Shown piece by piece: positions 1 through 8,422 of a stretch of 13,672 bases of DNA. The position numbers and the translations under genes are program-made. The DNA comes from Promethearchaeota archaeon (lineage in GTDB: Archaea; Asgardarchaeota; Lokiarchaeia; Sigyniarchaeales; SOKP01), in assembly GCA_004524535.1 (NCBI GenBank), contig SDNY01000100.1, positions 1-13,672 on the forward strand, given 5' to 3'. The notes beneath the pieces are model-generated. The model ran no database searches. It was not told the origin of the DNA and was given only the letters and a program-made list of their open reading frames with translations. Every line of letters starts with the position of its first letter. Within the stretch, counting starts at the first letter, position 1.

Positions 1-195
1 AATAAAATGGCTCAAGATACCGGTAAGTCAGAGGAGGAAGTTAAAGAATCTTGGACAGAACAAATTCCATTAGGACGTATGGGAAAACCGGAAGAATTAG
101 CCAATTTAGTTGTTTTTTTGGCCTCCGAAAAAGCTAGTTATATTACGGGTACAGTAATTCAAGTAGATGGAGGTTTTGTTAAAGGTACTTTTTAA
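1..195 (+). CDS. SDR-family oxidoreductase (FabG-like), C-terminal fragment; 5' part lies outside the window
   Basis: The frame is open from base 1 (AAT AAA ATG...). [37 protein letters not shown] is the classical SDR C-terminal signature. Confidence 0.92.
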   Translation, partial: NKMAQDTGKSEEEVKESWTEQIPLGRMGKPEELANLVVFLASEKASYITGTVIQVDGGFVKGTF

Positions 196-225
196 AAAAC
201 AAAATTTCACGATAAAATTTTAGAT

Positions 226-1296
226 TTAAAAAAGCTTGGGATTTATAATTCCCAAATATTTCTCAACAACATCTAAAATATCTTCTTTTGAACCCATATA
301 GCCAAATAATTGATGTTTTGCTTTTCCATGAGATGTGTTATCAATTGTTTCAAAAAGATTTAATTGTAGTTCTATTTCTCCATATTCCGACATTGGTTTG
401 TTTGGCGAGTCAGAATTATAGGACTGGATGACACCGATTTCAGATTCAGGATGATCTCTTGCAACATCGAAACACTGGTCTTGGCTTTTTGGAACATCGT
501 CAGATAATTTAACTAAAAAACCGTAGTCATCAGAATCCGGAATGTTTAGAACATACCCTATTTTTGCAGCTCTTTCGAAGTTAATATCATCAGGACGAAT
601 TGCTAACTTATAAATATCATCAACATCAATTTTGTATGCTACATAATTTTTACCTATAGTTAAGCGGTCATCAGGAATTGGTCGAAAATAGGAAAGTGGT
701 TTAGGATCTGCCTTGGTAGGGACTAAAACAGTACCAGGATTATCAGGCCCTCCACTAATAATGTTTCCCAGACTCCAACCATTTATTTTCAAATCTGGTT
801 TAAAAAATACACAATCGTCCAAGAATTCAATTCCACAATAATTTAAACCCGTTTTTATGGGTTCTTTTATGATAGTAAACTGACGCGTTATTTCTCCTCG
901 TAATGTTTCCTTTGTTCGCATATTCATTACGGTAATGGGACTAGATAGAGTGCATGATTTCTCATCATTTCCTAGTATCTCATAATTCGCAGGATCAAGA
1001 CCCTCTGGACAGAACCAGCCTTCCCAATTGTCAGGATTTTTGTAAAAAAAATCTCTTTCTGGACTGATCCAATATCGATCTCCACCGATAGTCCGATCTA
1101 TTCTTTCTATATTTTCTTTAATGTTAGGAGCAATCCATAATAAGCTATAACTATCGTTCTTAGGAAACATTCCCAGAGGACGACCTCCATACTCAGAGAT
1201 AATGGTCGAACTTTCTTCATTAAAGCTCAAATCAATTAATGTCGCACTATTCTTTACTGCTGATATTAGAGCTTTCTTGTTAAAATAATTCGACAT
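226..1296 (-). CDS. Conserved hypothetical protein, possibly galactose-mutarotase-like beta-sandwich (DUF6786/DUF4380-like)
   Basis: 356-aa beta-rich ORF. YGGRPLG, GGDRYWISPE and C-terminal YGEIELQ resemble motifs I recall from these families. The ORF is solid, but the family call is from memory only. Confidence 0.5.
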   Translation of the reverse strand: MSNYFNKKALISAVKNSATLIDLSFNEESSTIISEYGGRPLGMFPKNDSYSLLWIAPNIKENIERIDRTIGGDRYWISPERDFFYKNPDNWEGWFCPEGLDPANYEILGNDEKSCTLSSPITVMNMRTKETLRGEITRQFTIIKEPIKTGLNYCGIEFLDDCVFFKPDLKINGWSLGNIISGGPDNPGTVLVPTKADPKPLSYFRPIPDDRLTIGKNYVAYKIDVDDIYKLAIRPDDINFERAAKIGYVLNIPDSDDYGFLVKLSDDVPKSQDQCFDVARDHPESEIGVIQSYNSDSPNKPMSEYGEIELQLNLFETIDNTSHGKAKHQLFGYMGSKEDILDVVEKYLGIINPKLF

Positions 1297-1328
1297 ATAT
1301 TATCATAAGTCTTATTTTAAATTACATT

Positions 1329-2195
1329 TTATTTAACGCTTTTATCATGTAATTTCTTAACTGTTAATGATAAGGTCTCATCAAAAGCTTCACCCTCAAC
1401 GACGCATTTAATAGGTATATCCTCTGCTTGTAATAATTCTGTGAAGTAACCAAGCCAATAATTACTATAGCGCTTATTTTGGCGATGCTTGAGAATAAGA
1501 TGATACTGATCTTCGCTTTCCTTTTTGATATCGATCATATGAAAGTAATTAGCCACAACCCATATTTTCTGGATAGTTCTTAATATTTCTTCTAATGAAA
1601 GTGTCTTAATCGGTTTTCCTGTATACCATAAGATCAAATCTAACGCAACATTTTTCTTATGTGGTTTATGTAAACTATCTTTTGGTTCTTCTGCGGCAGC
1701 AATTAATTGATTAAAAGTAGTTTTTCCAATTAGCATCATTTTCATCTCTTCTCGGGCTTTAATCCATAGGTCCATATCATCTGATTTGGCTATGTTTTTC
1801 TTTTGATCCAGAAGTCTTATAGCTTCTTCTATTTCTTTCATTTTTGAACCATAATCAGGCTCATATTTCTCAAGTATAGCAAATATCTCAGGAGGTAACG
1901 AATGATAACTGTTATATACATCTATAGCGTTTTCAATGATAGTTGAAATTGTTATCTTTTCCTTTTCATAATTATCATCCAATTTTCCTTTTTTTTCTTC
2001 TTCAGCAGTTAATTCTTTTTTTATCTTATCAATAATTTCTTTTGTAGATTTTTTTACTTCCGCAAATAATTTACTTGTTTCTCCTTCTTCATCATTATCA
2101 TCATGACTCTCGTTGTTAGTACCTTTAGAACTATTTTTTGACATATTACTTCTCATTGACCTCCTTTGTAATTTTTCTTTACTAATTGAACTCAA
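1329..2195 (-). CDS. Hypothetical protein, possible ribbon-helix-helix regulator with a C-terminal V4R/NitrOD5-like domain
   Basis: 288-aa ORF with a TTG start (downstream ATGs are alternatives). KLFAEVKKSTKEIIDKIKK...ITISTIIENAIDVY fits a strand-helix-helix pattern. YHLILKHRQNKRYSNYWLGYFTELL resembles the H..W..F..LL pattern of archaeal V4R-like domains. Function is inferred. Confidence 0.4.
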   Translation of the reverse strand: MSSISKEKLQRRSMRSNMSKNSSKGTNNESHDDNDEEGETSKLFAEVKKSTKEIIDKIKKELTAEEEKKGKLDDNYEKEKITISTIIENAIDVYNSYHSLPPEIFAILEKYEPDYGSKMKEIEEAIRLLDQKKNIAKSDDMDLWIKAREEMKMMLIGKTTFNQLIAAAEEPKDSLHKPHKKNVALDLILWYTGKPIKTLSLEEILRTIQKIWVVANYFHMIDIKKESEDQYHLILKHRQNKRYSNYWLGYFTELLQAEDIPIKCVVEGEAFDETLSLTVKKLHDKSVK

Positions 2196-2428
2196 CTATA
2201 GAAACCTAGATGATTCAACATATTTAATATTTCATATAAAAAAATATATTTTTTCCTATTAAAAATATGTTTTTGGGATATAAATATTTTTCTTTCTGAG
2301 AAATATGGATCGAAACATTTAAATATTTTTCTCCTATATTATATATAAGATTCAAAAAGAAATATCTTAAGAATAAAGAAAATATAAAAAAAAATTATAA
2401 AAAATAAGCTAATAAAAAGCCAGAAAAG

Positions 2429-3307
2429 ATGAAAAAATACGATTATTATTATTGGTCGTCTATGGTCGGTGGCGGCACAATAATGACTATCGTTTCATTT
2501 TTTCATGCTGATACATTTTTCAATATATTTTTTAACATTTGTCTCGGTCTGTTTATTGGTGGTCTTTTTTTTGCAGTCATTTCATTTTTTTTAGCTCAAA
2601 TGGAATCCAATATTGGAGGAGAAGAAATTGATCTTGATGCAGAAATCGATGTTGATATGGATGTAGACATCGACATTGATACCGATTTAGACATTGATGT
2701 TGATATGGATGTAGATGTTGATGCGGATGTAGATATTGATATTGATACTGATTTAGACATCGATGTTGATGCGGATGTAGACATTGACATTGATACCGAT
2801 ATAGATATCGATGTGGATACTGATATAGATACTGATATAGACTCAGAATTAGGAGTTATTTCACCTGCACCTGTGATGTTATTACTTTCTGCGGCCTTTT
2901 TGATTTACGGAATATCAGGGATAATATTATTTTATGCCATCGTGGATTCATTAAAATTTATTATATTTTTCGCGACACCTGCCATTGTATATTTAAGCTG
3001 GAAGGTTATTAATAACTCATGGAAAAAGATTACCAAGTCAAGATACTATTCGATTTCATCAACCATGAATCTAATAGGAAAAAAGGGCGAAGTCACTTTA
3101 GGGGTGGATAACAGAGGAGGGATTATTAGAATCCCCTCCTCCACTCCTATGAGATTTGAAAGAATACATGTCAAGCCATTGAAACCGAATTCTCGATTTG
3201 CGCTAGGAGAAAAAGTATATATTTGTGATGTGAGAAATGGTTTTTTATTAATAGATAATAATAAAAAATTAATTAAAAAAACGAGGTATTGGAAAAATGG
3301 TGGTTAA
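2429..3307 (+). CDS. NfeD/YqiJ-like membrane protein (3 TM helices, acidic xD-repeat loop, C-terminal OB-fold), probable partner of the SPFH protein
   Basis: Three hydrophobic segments. C-terminal LIGKKGEVTLGVDNRGGIIRI...FALGEKVYICDVRNGFLLID matches the NfeD-like OB domain, and the gene lies upstream of an SPFH gene. The true start may be ATG 2483 (GGTGG at 2468-2472). Confidence 0.8.
   Translation: MKKYDYYYWSSMVGGGTIMTIVSFFHADTFFNIFFNICLGLFIGGLFFAVISFFLAQMESNIGGEEIDLDAEIDVDMDVDIDIDTDLDIDVDMDVDVDADVDIDIDTDLDIDVDADVDIDIDTDIDIDVDTDIDTDIDSELGVISPAPVMLLLSAAFLIYGISGIILFYAIVDSLKFIIFFATPAIVYLSWKVINNSWKKITKSRYYSISSTMNLIGKKGEVTLGVDNRGGIIRIPSSTPMRFERIHVKPLKPNSRFALGEKVYICDVRNGFLLIDNNKKLIKKTRYWKNGG
2627..2842 (+). 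repeat. In-frame hexanucleotide-period repeat encoding (I/V/L/M/A/T-Asp) x36
   Basis: 216 nt translating to IDLDAEIDVDMDVDIDIDTDLD...TDID: 36 dipeptides with 35 Asp and 1 Glu at every second position. Confidence 0.97.
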
Positions 3308-3512
3308 TGAAAAGGTTATGGAAGAAAAATCGGTTAGGAACAAGAAAAGAAATCAAAATCAAAGCTATGTCTATATAATGGGTAAAAAATTAACTCCAAA
3401 GCAAGTGAATAAGAAAATCAAGCACAAACCTAGAGTAATTAGTACCATTCTTATAAATTCATTCATAATTCTTGCGATAATCATTACCATTCTATTAGTC
3501 ACAGGAATGTGA
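3297..3512 (+). CDS. Small basic protein with a C-terminal TM helix
   Basis: 71 aa, Lys/Arg-rich N-terminus and hydrophobic tail ILINSFIILAIIITILLVTGM. It overlaps the upstream ORF by 11 nt and has SD-like GAGGT at 3283-3287. Confidence 0.65.
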   Translation: MVVNEKVMEEKSVRNKKRNQNQSYVYIMGKKLTPKQVNKKIKHKPRVISTILINSFIILAIIITILLVTGM

Positions 3513-3626
3513 TGGTAGATCCAATGAAACTACAAAAATCTAATATCAATTTTTTAAAATTTAACGAAAAAAACAGAAAATAAAAAATAATAAAAATAAA
3601 AAAAAAGGAGGGATTAAGAAAAGAAA

Positions 3627-4799
3627 ATGTTGTTTAAAGAACCGGAAATAATGGTTTGGACTATAGGTGTCGTAGTAACAGTGATAATAATATTGTTCTT
3701 GTTCATTGTCTTTATGGCGACCCGATATCGGAAATTCAAGACAAACCAGTTTGTAATTCATTTACGTAATGGTAAAGTTAGGAGTGCTGGTTTAGGTGGA
3801 TCTTTATGGCTTTTGCCTTTAATAGACGAATATATTGTTATTCCAACAACAAGTATTCAGACAATTCTCGAAGCTCATGATCAGGTCGTTTCTAAAGAAT
3901 ACCAAAACATAGAAGTTGTCGGTATGTTGATTTGGAAAGTCATAGATCCTGAAAGAGCATTCAGTGCAGTTTCATGGTACCCTAGAGATGAAAATTATGT
4001 CGAAAAGATTTTGAAAGGAGCTGCTGAAGCAATTATTAGAACTACATGCGCTAATATGCCATTGGAACTAATAATTCGAGAGCGTCGTGAGATAATTGAA
4101 CATGTAGCCAAAGATTTACACGAATTGACTGCTGATTGGGGAGTTCTTATTGAATCGTTTGAAATTTTAGAAGTTATCATAGTAGAACAGGAATTAAAGA
4201 AAAATATGGAAGCTGTTAAACAAGCAGAAGAATTTAGAAAAGCAAGAATCGCAAAGGCAAATGCTGAAAGAGAATCACAATTAAGGGAATTAGAAGTCAA
4301 AAACGAGGTTGGAATTCAGGAACAACTCGTTGAACAAGCTATATCTATGCAACAGAAGGATAAGGAGATATCAGTTGCTGAAAAAGAACTTGAGCGTAAA
4401 AGAATTGAAGCTGATGGTGAACGACAAAAGAAAATAATCGAAGCTGACGCTGATGCTCAACAAATAAAGAGGAAACTTATTGCAAAAGCCGAAGGTGAAG
4501 CTGAGAATATAAAGCAACAAATGCTCGCTCAAGCCGAGGGTTTTAAAAAGCAAGTTGAGGCGATGACGAGCGCTGACGAGAGATTCTTAGCAGTCCAGTT
4601 AACTAACATCCTACCAGAGATTTTTAAGAACTTAAGTCCTGATAAGATGTTCATAATGGGGGACGGTAATGAATCGTTCAGTTCACTTTCAAAATCAATC
4701 ATGCCATTCTTACAATTACTTCCAGAATACTCTGATCAAATCAAGAAATTCTTTGGAAACGGTGGAATGAAAGAGGTTCTAGCAGAAATTAAGAAATAA
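3627..4799 (+). CDS. SPFH/band-7 domain, flotillin-like protein
   Basis: N-terminal TM helix, SPFH core (GLGGSLWLLPLIDE; LIWKVIDPERAF; IIRTTCANMPLELII; LTADWGVLIESFEI) and an Ala/Glu-rich coiled coil (EADGE, EADADA, KAEGEAE, QAEG). SD GGAGGG at 3607-3612. Confidence 0.93.
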   Translation: MLFKEPEIMVWTIGVVVTVIIILFLFIVFMATRYRKFKTNQFVIHLRNGKVRSAGLGGSLWLLPLIDEYIVIPTTSIQTILEAHDQVVSKEYQNIEVVGMLIWKVIDPERAFSAVSWYPRDENYVEKILKGAAEAIIRTTCANMPLELIIRERREIIEHVAKDLHELTADWGVLIESFEILEVIIVEQELKKNMEAVKQAEEFRKARIAKANAERESQLRELEVKNEVGIQEQLVEQAISMQQKDKEISVAEKELERKRIEADGERQKKIIEADADAQQIKRKLIAKAEGEAENIKQQMLAQAEGFKKQVEAMTSADERFLAVQLTNILPEIFKNLSPDKMFIMGDGNESFSSLSKSIMPFLQLLPEYSDQIKKFFGNGGMKEVLAEIKK

Positions 4800-4805
4800 T
4801 AATGA

Positions 4806-4840
4806 TTTTTTTTAAAATTTTTATTCAAATTTTTTTTTTT
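4806..4840 (+). terminator. Possible archaeal oligo-T terminator after the SPFH gene
   Basis: T8 (4806-4813) and T11 (4830-4840) lie just after the stop codon. The AT-rich background weakens this call. Confidence 0.35.
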
Positions 4841-4891
4841 AAAAAAATAGAGGAAAATTAAATTAAAATAATTAAAGGAGGGATAAAAAAA

Positions 4892-5149
4892 ATGAATGAA
4901 ATGATAGTAATAGGTTTAGGAATTTTTATATTAATCATTGTCGCTAAATGTGTAATACTTTTAAGATTTTTGCAAAAATTATCGAAGAAGAGTTATATAA
5001 AATATCAAAAATTTAATGCAAAAACTCAATTGAAGAAAATTGATTCAGAAAGGGTAAAAAATCGAATGATGGAGAGTCAAATCTATTCTGAATCAAAAAT
5101 TATCCAGGATCCAGATTTTTTAACATTTAACACCGAAATTTTTTATTAA
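4892..5149 (+). CDS. Small single-pass membrane protein, paralog of the next gene
   Basis: 85 aa with an N-terminal TM helix followed by a Lys-rich segment. SD GGAGGG at 4877-4882. Confidence 0.75.
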   Translation: MNEMIVIGLGIFILIIVAKCVILLRFLQKLSKKSYIKYQKFNAKTQLKKIDSERVKNRMMESQIYSESKIIQDPDFLTFNTEIFY

Positions 5150-5170
5150 AGGGAGGTATAATAAAATAAC

Positions 5171-5545
5171 ATGGATTTCAGGATAATTATTGCTTGCGCT
5201 CTTATATTATTAGTTATTGTAAAATCAATTATTTACATAATATATCTTGCTAATAAATCTACAAAGGAGAACAAAAAGTCAATGCAAAAATCTAACTTCG
5301 TATTTTGTTTAAATGAGAGAGTCGCAGAAAGAATTAGCAACTATCCCATTAATGCACGATCGAATTCAAATGTAATAGCGCTTCAAGAGCCATATTATTT
5401 AAAATATAATTTAGAGAAGAGTAATGATAATTATTTAAAAGAAGATTTCATAGTAAGGGATCTCAAAGATTGTCGATATTGTGGGAATTTAAATGATGAA
5501 GAAGCTCGTTATTGCACTTACTGTGGAAGTAAATTAAAATCTTAA
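5171..5545 (+). CDS. Single-pass membrane protein with a C-terminal zinc ribbon
   Basis: N-terminal TM helix and C-terminal CRYCGNLNDEEARYCTYCGSKL (CxxC-x10-CxxC). SD GGGAGGT at 5151-5157. Confidence 0.85.
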   Translation: MDFRIIIACALILLVIVKSIIYIIYLANKSTKENKKSMQKSNFVFCLNERVAERISNYPINARSNSNVIALQEPYYLKYNLEKSNDNYLKEDFIVRDLKDCRYCGNLNDEEARYCTYCGSKLKS

Positions 5546-5581
5546 TAGAAATTAAAAAATAGTGAGGGTAGCGAAATAATT

Positions 5582-6496
5582 ATGAATTTGAAAAAAGAAT
5601 TAATTGATGGGAATTTCAAATATCACTGGAAATTAATCAAAGAACAAGAGAAAATAAGGATTGGAGATAAAATTCCTAGGTATCCAATTTTAATTCTCAC
5701 TTGTATGGATCCGAGAATAGATATTCATCGAATATTTCAATTAGAGCCTGACGATGTGTTTGTTTTAAGAAATGCGGGGAATTTAATAACAAATGATATG
5801 CTAAGATCGATTTTAATTACTATTCATGAGTATAATATCAAATATATTGTAATTCTGGGGCATCTTGATTGTGGAATGACAAGAATAGATATAGCAGATC
5901 TTAAAACAAGATTATCTTCTAAATCATTAGAGTTCATATGTAGGAGTGGGTTTAATCCATTAATAGAATTAAGGAATTTTTTTAAACCATTTATAGATGA
6001 GCTAGAAAATGTAAAAAATCAGATTGAAATATTAAAAAAATTTCAAGGAATTCCGTCAGATATAGAAATTACAGGAATGATATATGATGTTGAAACAGGA
6101 TGGGTTTTTGAATATAATATATTAAAGGATTTAAAATTTATAGAAAATTTTGGGAAAAATTATAGAAATATATTATACGAAAAACGTCTTCAATTTGTTG
6201 ACTTTATTGAGGCTCATGAGAATCAGATTGTGAATTCAGGAGGTTTAATAGAAAAAAGTGGAGACGGAGTAAAAATTGAAGGCAATGATGGTATTGAGGT
6301 TCAAAATCTATTAACTCATGAAAAAGTCAATGACACTCCAAATAATCAAAAGCTTGAGGAAAACGATCAAGTTTTATTCGAATTTCCTAATGTTAAAGTT
6401 CCTAAGATTATTTTACCTAAAATAACTATTCATATACCAAAAATAACTATTTATACACCTAAAATTTACAGGAAGGATAAACAAGAGAGTTTTTAA
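5582..6496 (+). CDS. Beta-class carbonic anhydrase (clade D/Cab-type family) with a long C-terminal extension
   Basis: Zinc-ligand motifs CMDPR (CxDxR) and GHLDCGM (HxxC), plus RNAGN and GMIYDVETG. Confidence 0.92.
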   Translation: MNLKKELIDGNFKYHWKLIKEQEKIRIGDKIPRYPILILTCMDPRIDIHRIFQLEPDDVFVLRNAGNLITNDMLRSILITIHEYNIKYIVILGHLDCGMTRIDIADLKTRLSSKSLEFICRSGFNPLIELRNFFKPFIDELENVKNQIEILKKFQGIPSDIEITGMIYDVETGWVFEYNILKDLKFIENFGKNYRNILYEKRLQFVDFIEAHENQIVNSGGLIEKSGDGVKIEGNDGIEVQNLLTHEKVNDTPNNQKLEENDQVLFEFPNVKVPKIILPKITIHIPKITIYTPKIYRKDKQESF

Positions 6497-6500
6497 TAAA

Positions 6501-6719
6501 ATGGAACAATTTAAGAATACAAATTTAGAAAATCCAAACATAGCGGAACACAGACAATGTGGAAATTGTAAAAAAGAGTATCATTTTTACGACATTAAAA
6601 AGAACTATCCTGAATTTTTTCATAATGAATTAAAGAAGATATGGCAAAATCCTGAAATTGAATTTTTTTGCTCCTATTGTTATTTGATTAAAATAATAGG
6701 AATGTTAAAAAAAGATTAA
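6501..6719 (+). CDS. Small Cys4 putative zinc-binding protein
   Basis: 72 aa with CGNC ... FFCSYC. It starts 4 nt after the carbonic anhydrase stop. Confidence 0.7.
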   Translation: MEQFKNTNLENPNIAEHRQCGNCKKEYHFYDIKKNYPEFFHNELKKIWQNPEIEFFCSYCYLIKIIGMLKKD

Positions 6720-6814
6720 GAAATCTACGGTTATGGTATTTGTTTAGAGTTTGTATTGAAATTATTTAAATATCTTAGCAACATTAAGATATTATAACAA
6801 AATAATCTCTTAAT

Positions 6815-7504
6815 GTGATAAGAATGATTCAATACGTATTTCTCGTAATATTTTTTATTGATGCTGGGATTCATATACTCGGAGTTGCTAAAGAAAGTAA
6901 GAAAATAATATATGCAACTAAACCATTTTTAATGCTATTACTTGCGTTATATTTTATTTTTGCTCTTCCCCTAAATAAAGTAAATTGGTTAATAGTTATA
7001 GCAGTGTTATTTGGTGGAGCAGGAGACATATTTTTGATGCTAGAAGGTGATGAGAAATGGTTTATGCTTGGAATGGGAGCATTTCTTTTAGGACATATTT
7101 TCTATATAATTGCCTTCATATTAGAAATAGGAGACAATATCGTATTATTTCCAATATGGGGTGTGCTTTTTCTAATACCAGTTGTGCTAATATTGGTTTT
7201 GACATATCCGAGATTTAAAAACCATCTAGGAGACTTAAAAATCCCTGTTCATGTCTATATGTTAGTAATTTTAGTAATGCATATCTTCACAGTTTTACGT
7301 GTAGCTGCTTACGATTTTTTCTGCGCGTGCTTCCTGTTAGTGTGGTTGGGTTCATTATTATTTATTTTCTCTGATTCTTTGATAGCTATAGACACATTCA
7401 ATAAAGAAAAAAAGATTCCGCATGTAAGAATTATTATAATGCTTACTTATATTTTAGGGCAATTTCTGATCATACAAGGAGTCATATTATCTCTCTTGTT
7501 ATAA
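6815..7504 (+). CDS. YhhN/TMEM86 family (lysoplasmalogenase-like) membrane protein
   Basis: Multi-pass hydrophobic protein with TKPFLM, GDIFL, GMGAFLLGHIFY, FSDSLIA and TYILGQFLI. Start is GTG 6815 or ATG 6824. Confidence 0.9.
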   Translation: MIRMIQYVFLVIFFIDAGIHILGVAKESKKIIYATKPFLMLLLALYFIFALPLNKVNWLIVIAVLFGGAGDIFLMLEGDEKWFMLGMGAFLLGHIFYIIAFILEIGDNIVLFPIWGVLFLIPVVLILVLTYPRFKNHLGDLKIPVHVYMLVILVMHIFTVLRVAAYDFFCACFLLVWLGSLLFIFSDSLIAIDTFNKEKKIPHVRIIIMLTYILGQFLIIQGVILSLLL

Positions 7505-7655
7505 ACTCTAATTTTTAAAATCCTTTTTTTTTCATTTATGAATAAACATAACAATTTTCGAAAAAAATATCAATAGTATTTATTTATTATTTTTATCTTA
7601 AAAAAGAAACCCGCATTTAAATTTAATAATCTGAAAGCAGCCTACAATTATTATC

Positions 7656-8237
7656 ATGGATGAGAATAGTTTAGATAAGTTAAGAGATAAAATTGAGAGT
7701 AGAAAGAAAGAGAAAAAATTACCATTTTATTTTCCTGCAGAGCAAATCAACATTAAACACAAACATAAGAATTTAACTTCAGAAGCTAAGATTTTTAATT
7801 TAATTAAAGAATTAGAATTTTTAAAGAAGTTATTAGGAATGATTGAAAAAGGCGCTACGGGGTTTGAACTAGCTCACTCAGTTCAAAAATATAAAAAGAT
7901 TAAGATATTTATTCATAATGGAATAAATTTTTATAATACATTTAACGAAATTGGAGAATTGATTTTTTTAGAAGCTCCCGATAAAAAAGAAAAAGATTAT
8001 TCCTTCTTCAAAACAGTTGAAGATACAGAAAAATTTATCTTTATGGTTTGGATAAAAGATGCTATTGACAAGGTAGGCGAGTATCTGAAAAATAATGTTG
8101 AAAGTCCTACTTTAAAAAAGTTGAGAGAAAAAATCATCAAACAGACAAAATATTGTAGTAAATGTGATGCAGAAATAATGGATGATTATCAAAAAATATG
8201 TGAGAAGTGTGGAGAAGATATTAAGATTGAATGGTGA
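7656..8237 (+). CDS. Hypothetical protein with a C-terminal zinc ribbon
   Basis: 193-aa ORF ending in CSKCDAEIMDDYQKICEKCG. Confidence 0.75.
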   Translation: MDENSLDKLRDKIESRKKEKKLPFYFPAEQINIKHKHKNLTSEAKIFNLIKELEFLKKLLGMIEKGATGFELAHSVQKYKKIKIFIHNGINFYNTFNEIGELIFLEAPDKKEKDYSFFKTVEDTEKFIFMVWIKDAIDKVGEYLKNNVESPTLKKLREKIIKQTKYCSKCDAEIMDDYQKICEKCGEDIKIEW

Positions 8238-8300
8238 ATTTTGAGTATTTTAACTTAAGGCAAATATAGAAAAAGATTTTAATTTCAAATAATTAAAATA

Positions 8301-8308
8301 ATATATAA
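8301..8308 (+). promoter_or_regulatory. Candidate TATA box for tRNA-Thr
   Basis: ATATATAA begins 25 nt upstream of the tRNA 5' end and is preceded by an A-rich stretch. The AT-rich context limits specificity. Confidence 0.35.
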
Positions 8309-8347
8309 CTTAAACAGAATTTAACGCCTCCGTGGCTTAGCCGGTAG

Positions 8348-8378
8348 ATAAAAACAATTATTAATAGTCTTAACCGCA
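8348..8378 (+). other. tRNA-Thr intron 1 (31 nt, D-arm, 22/23)
   Basis: Strict BHB: central helix CGGT(8342-8345)/ACCG(8373-8376), bulges AG|A and CA|A, inner helix TAA/TTA, outer pairs G8340-C8381 and C8341-G8380. Confidence 0.88.
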
Positions 8379-8393
8379 AGCATTGCCTTGGTA

Positions 8394-8422
8394 TTAAATT
8401 GAGCTTATAACTTTAAATGAAA
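8394..8422 (+). other. tRNA-Thr intron 2 (29 nt, canonical 37/38)
   Basis: Removal restores the 7-nt loop TTGGTAA. The central helix TTGG/ATGA is weak, and the inner stem is TTAAA/TTTAA. Confidence 0.85.

Noticed and set aside
2596-2790. 64-aa Ser-alternating minus-strand ORF
   Set aside because: Antisense shadow of the Asp repeat (GAT/GAC read as TCN on the other strand).
2627-2842. CRISPR array
   Set aside because: The period is 6 nt, it is in frame within a CDS, and there are no unique spacers or cas genes.
3561-4553. Minus-strand ORFs 3561-3761, 3995-4300 and 4371-4553
   Set aside because: Antisense to the well-supported SPFH gene. The Phe-rich tail of the first is just the complement of an A-rich intergenic tract.
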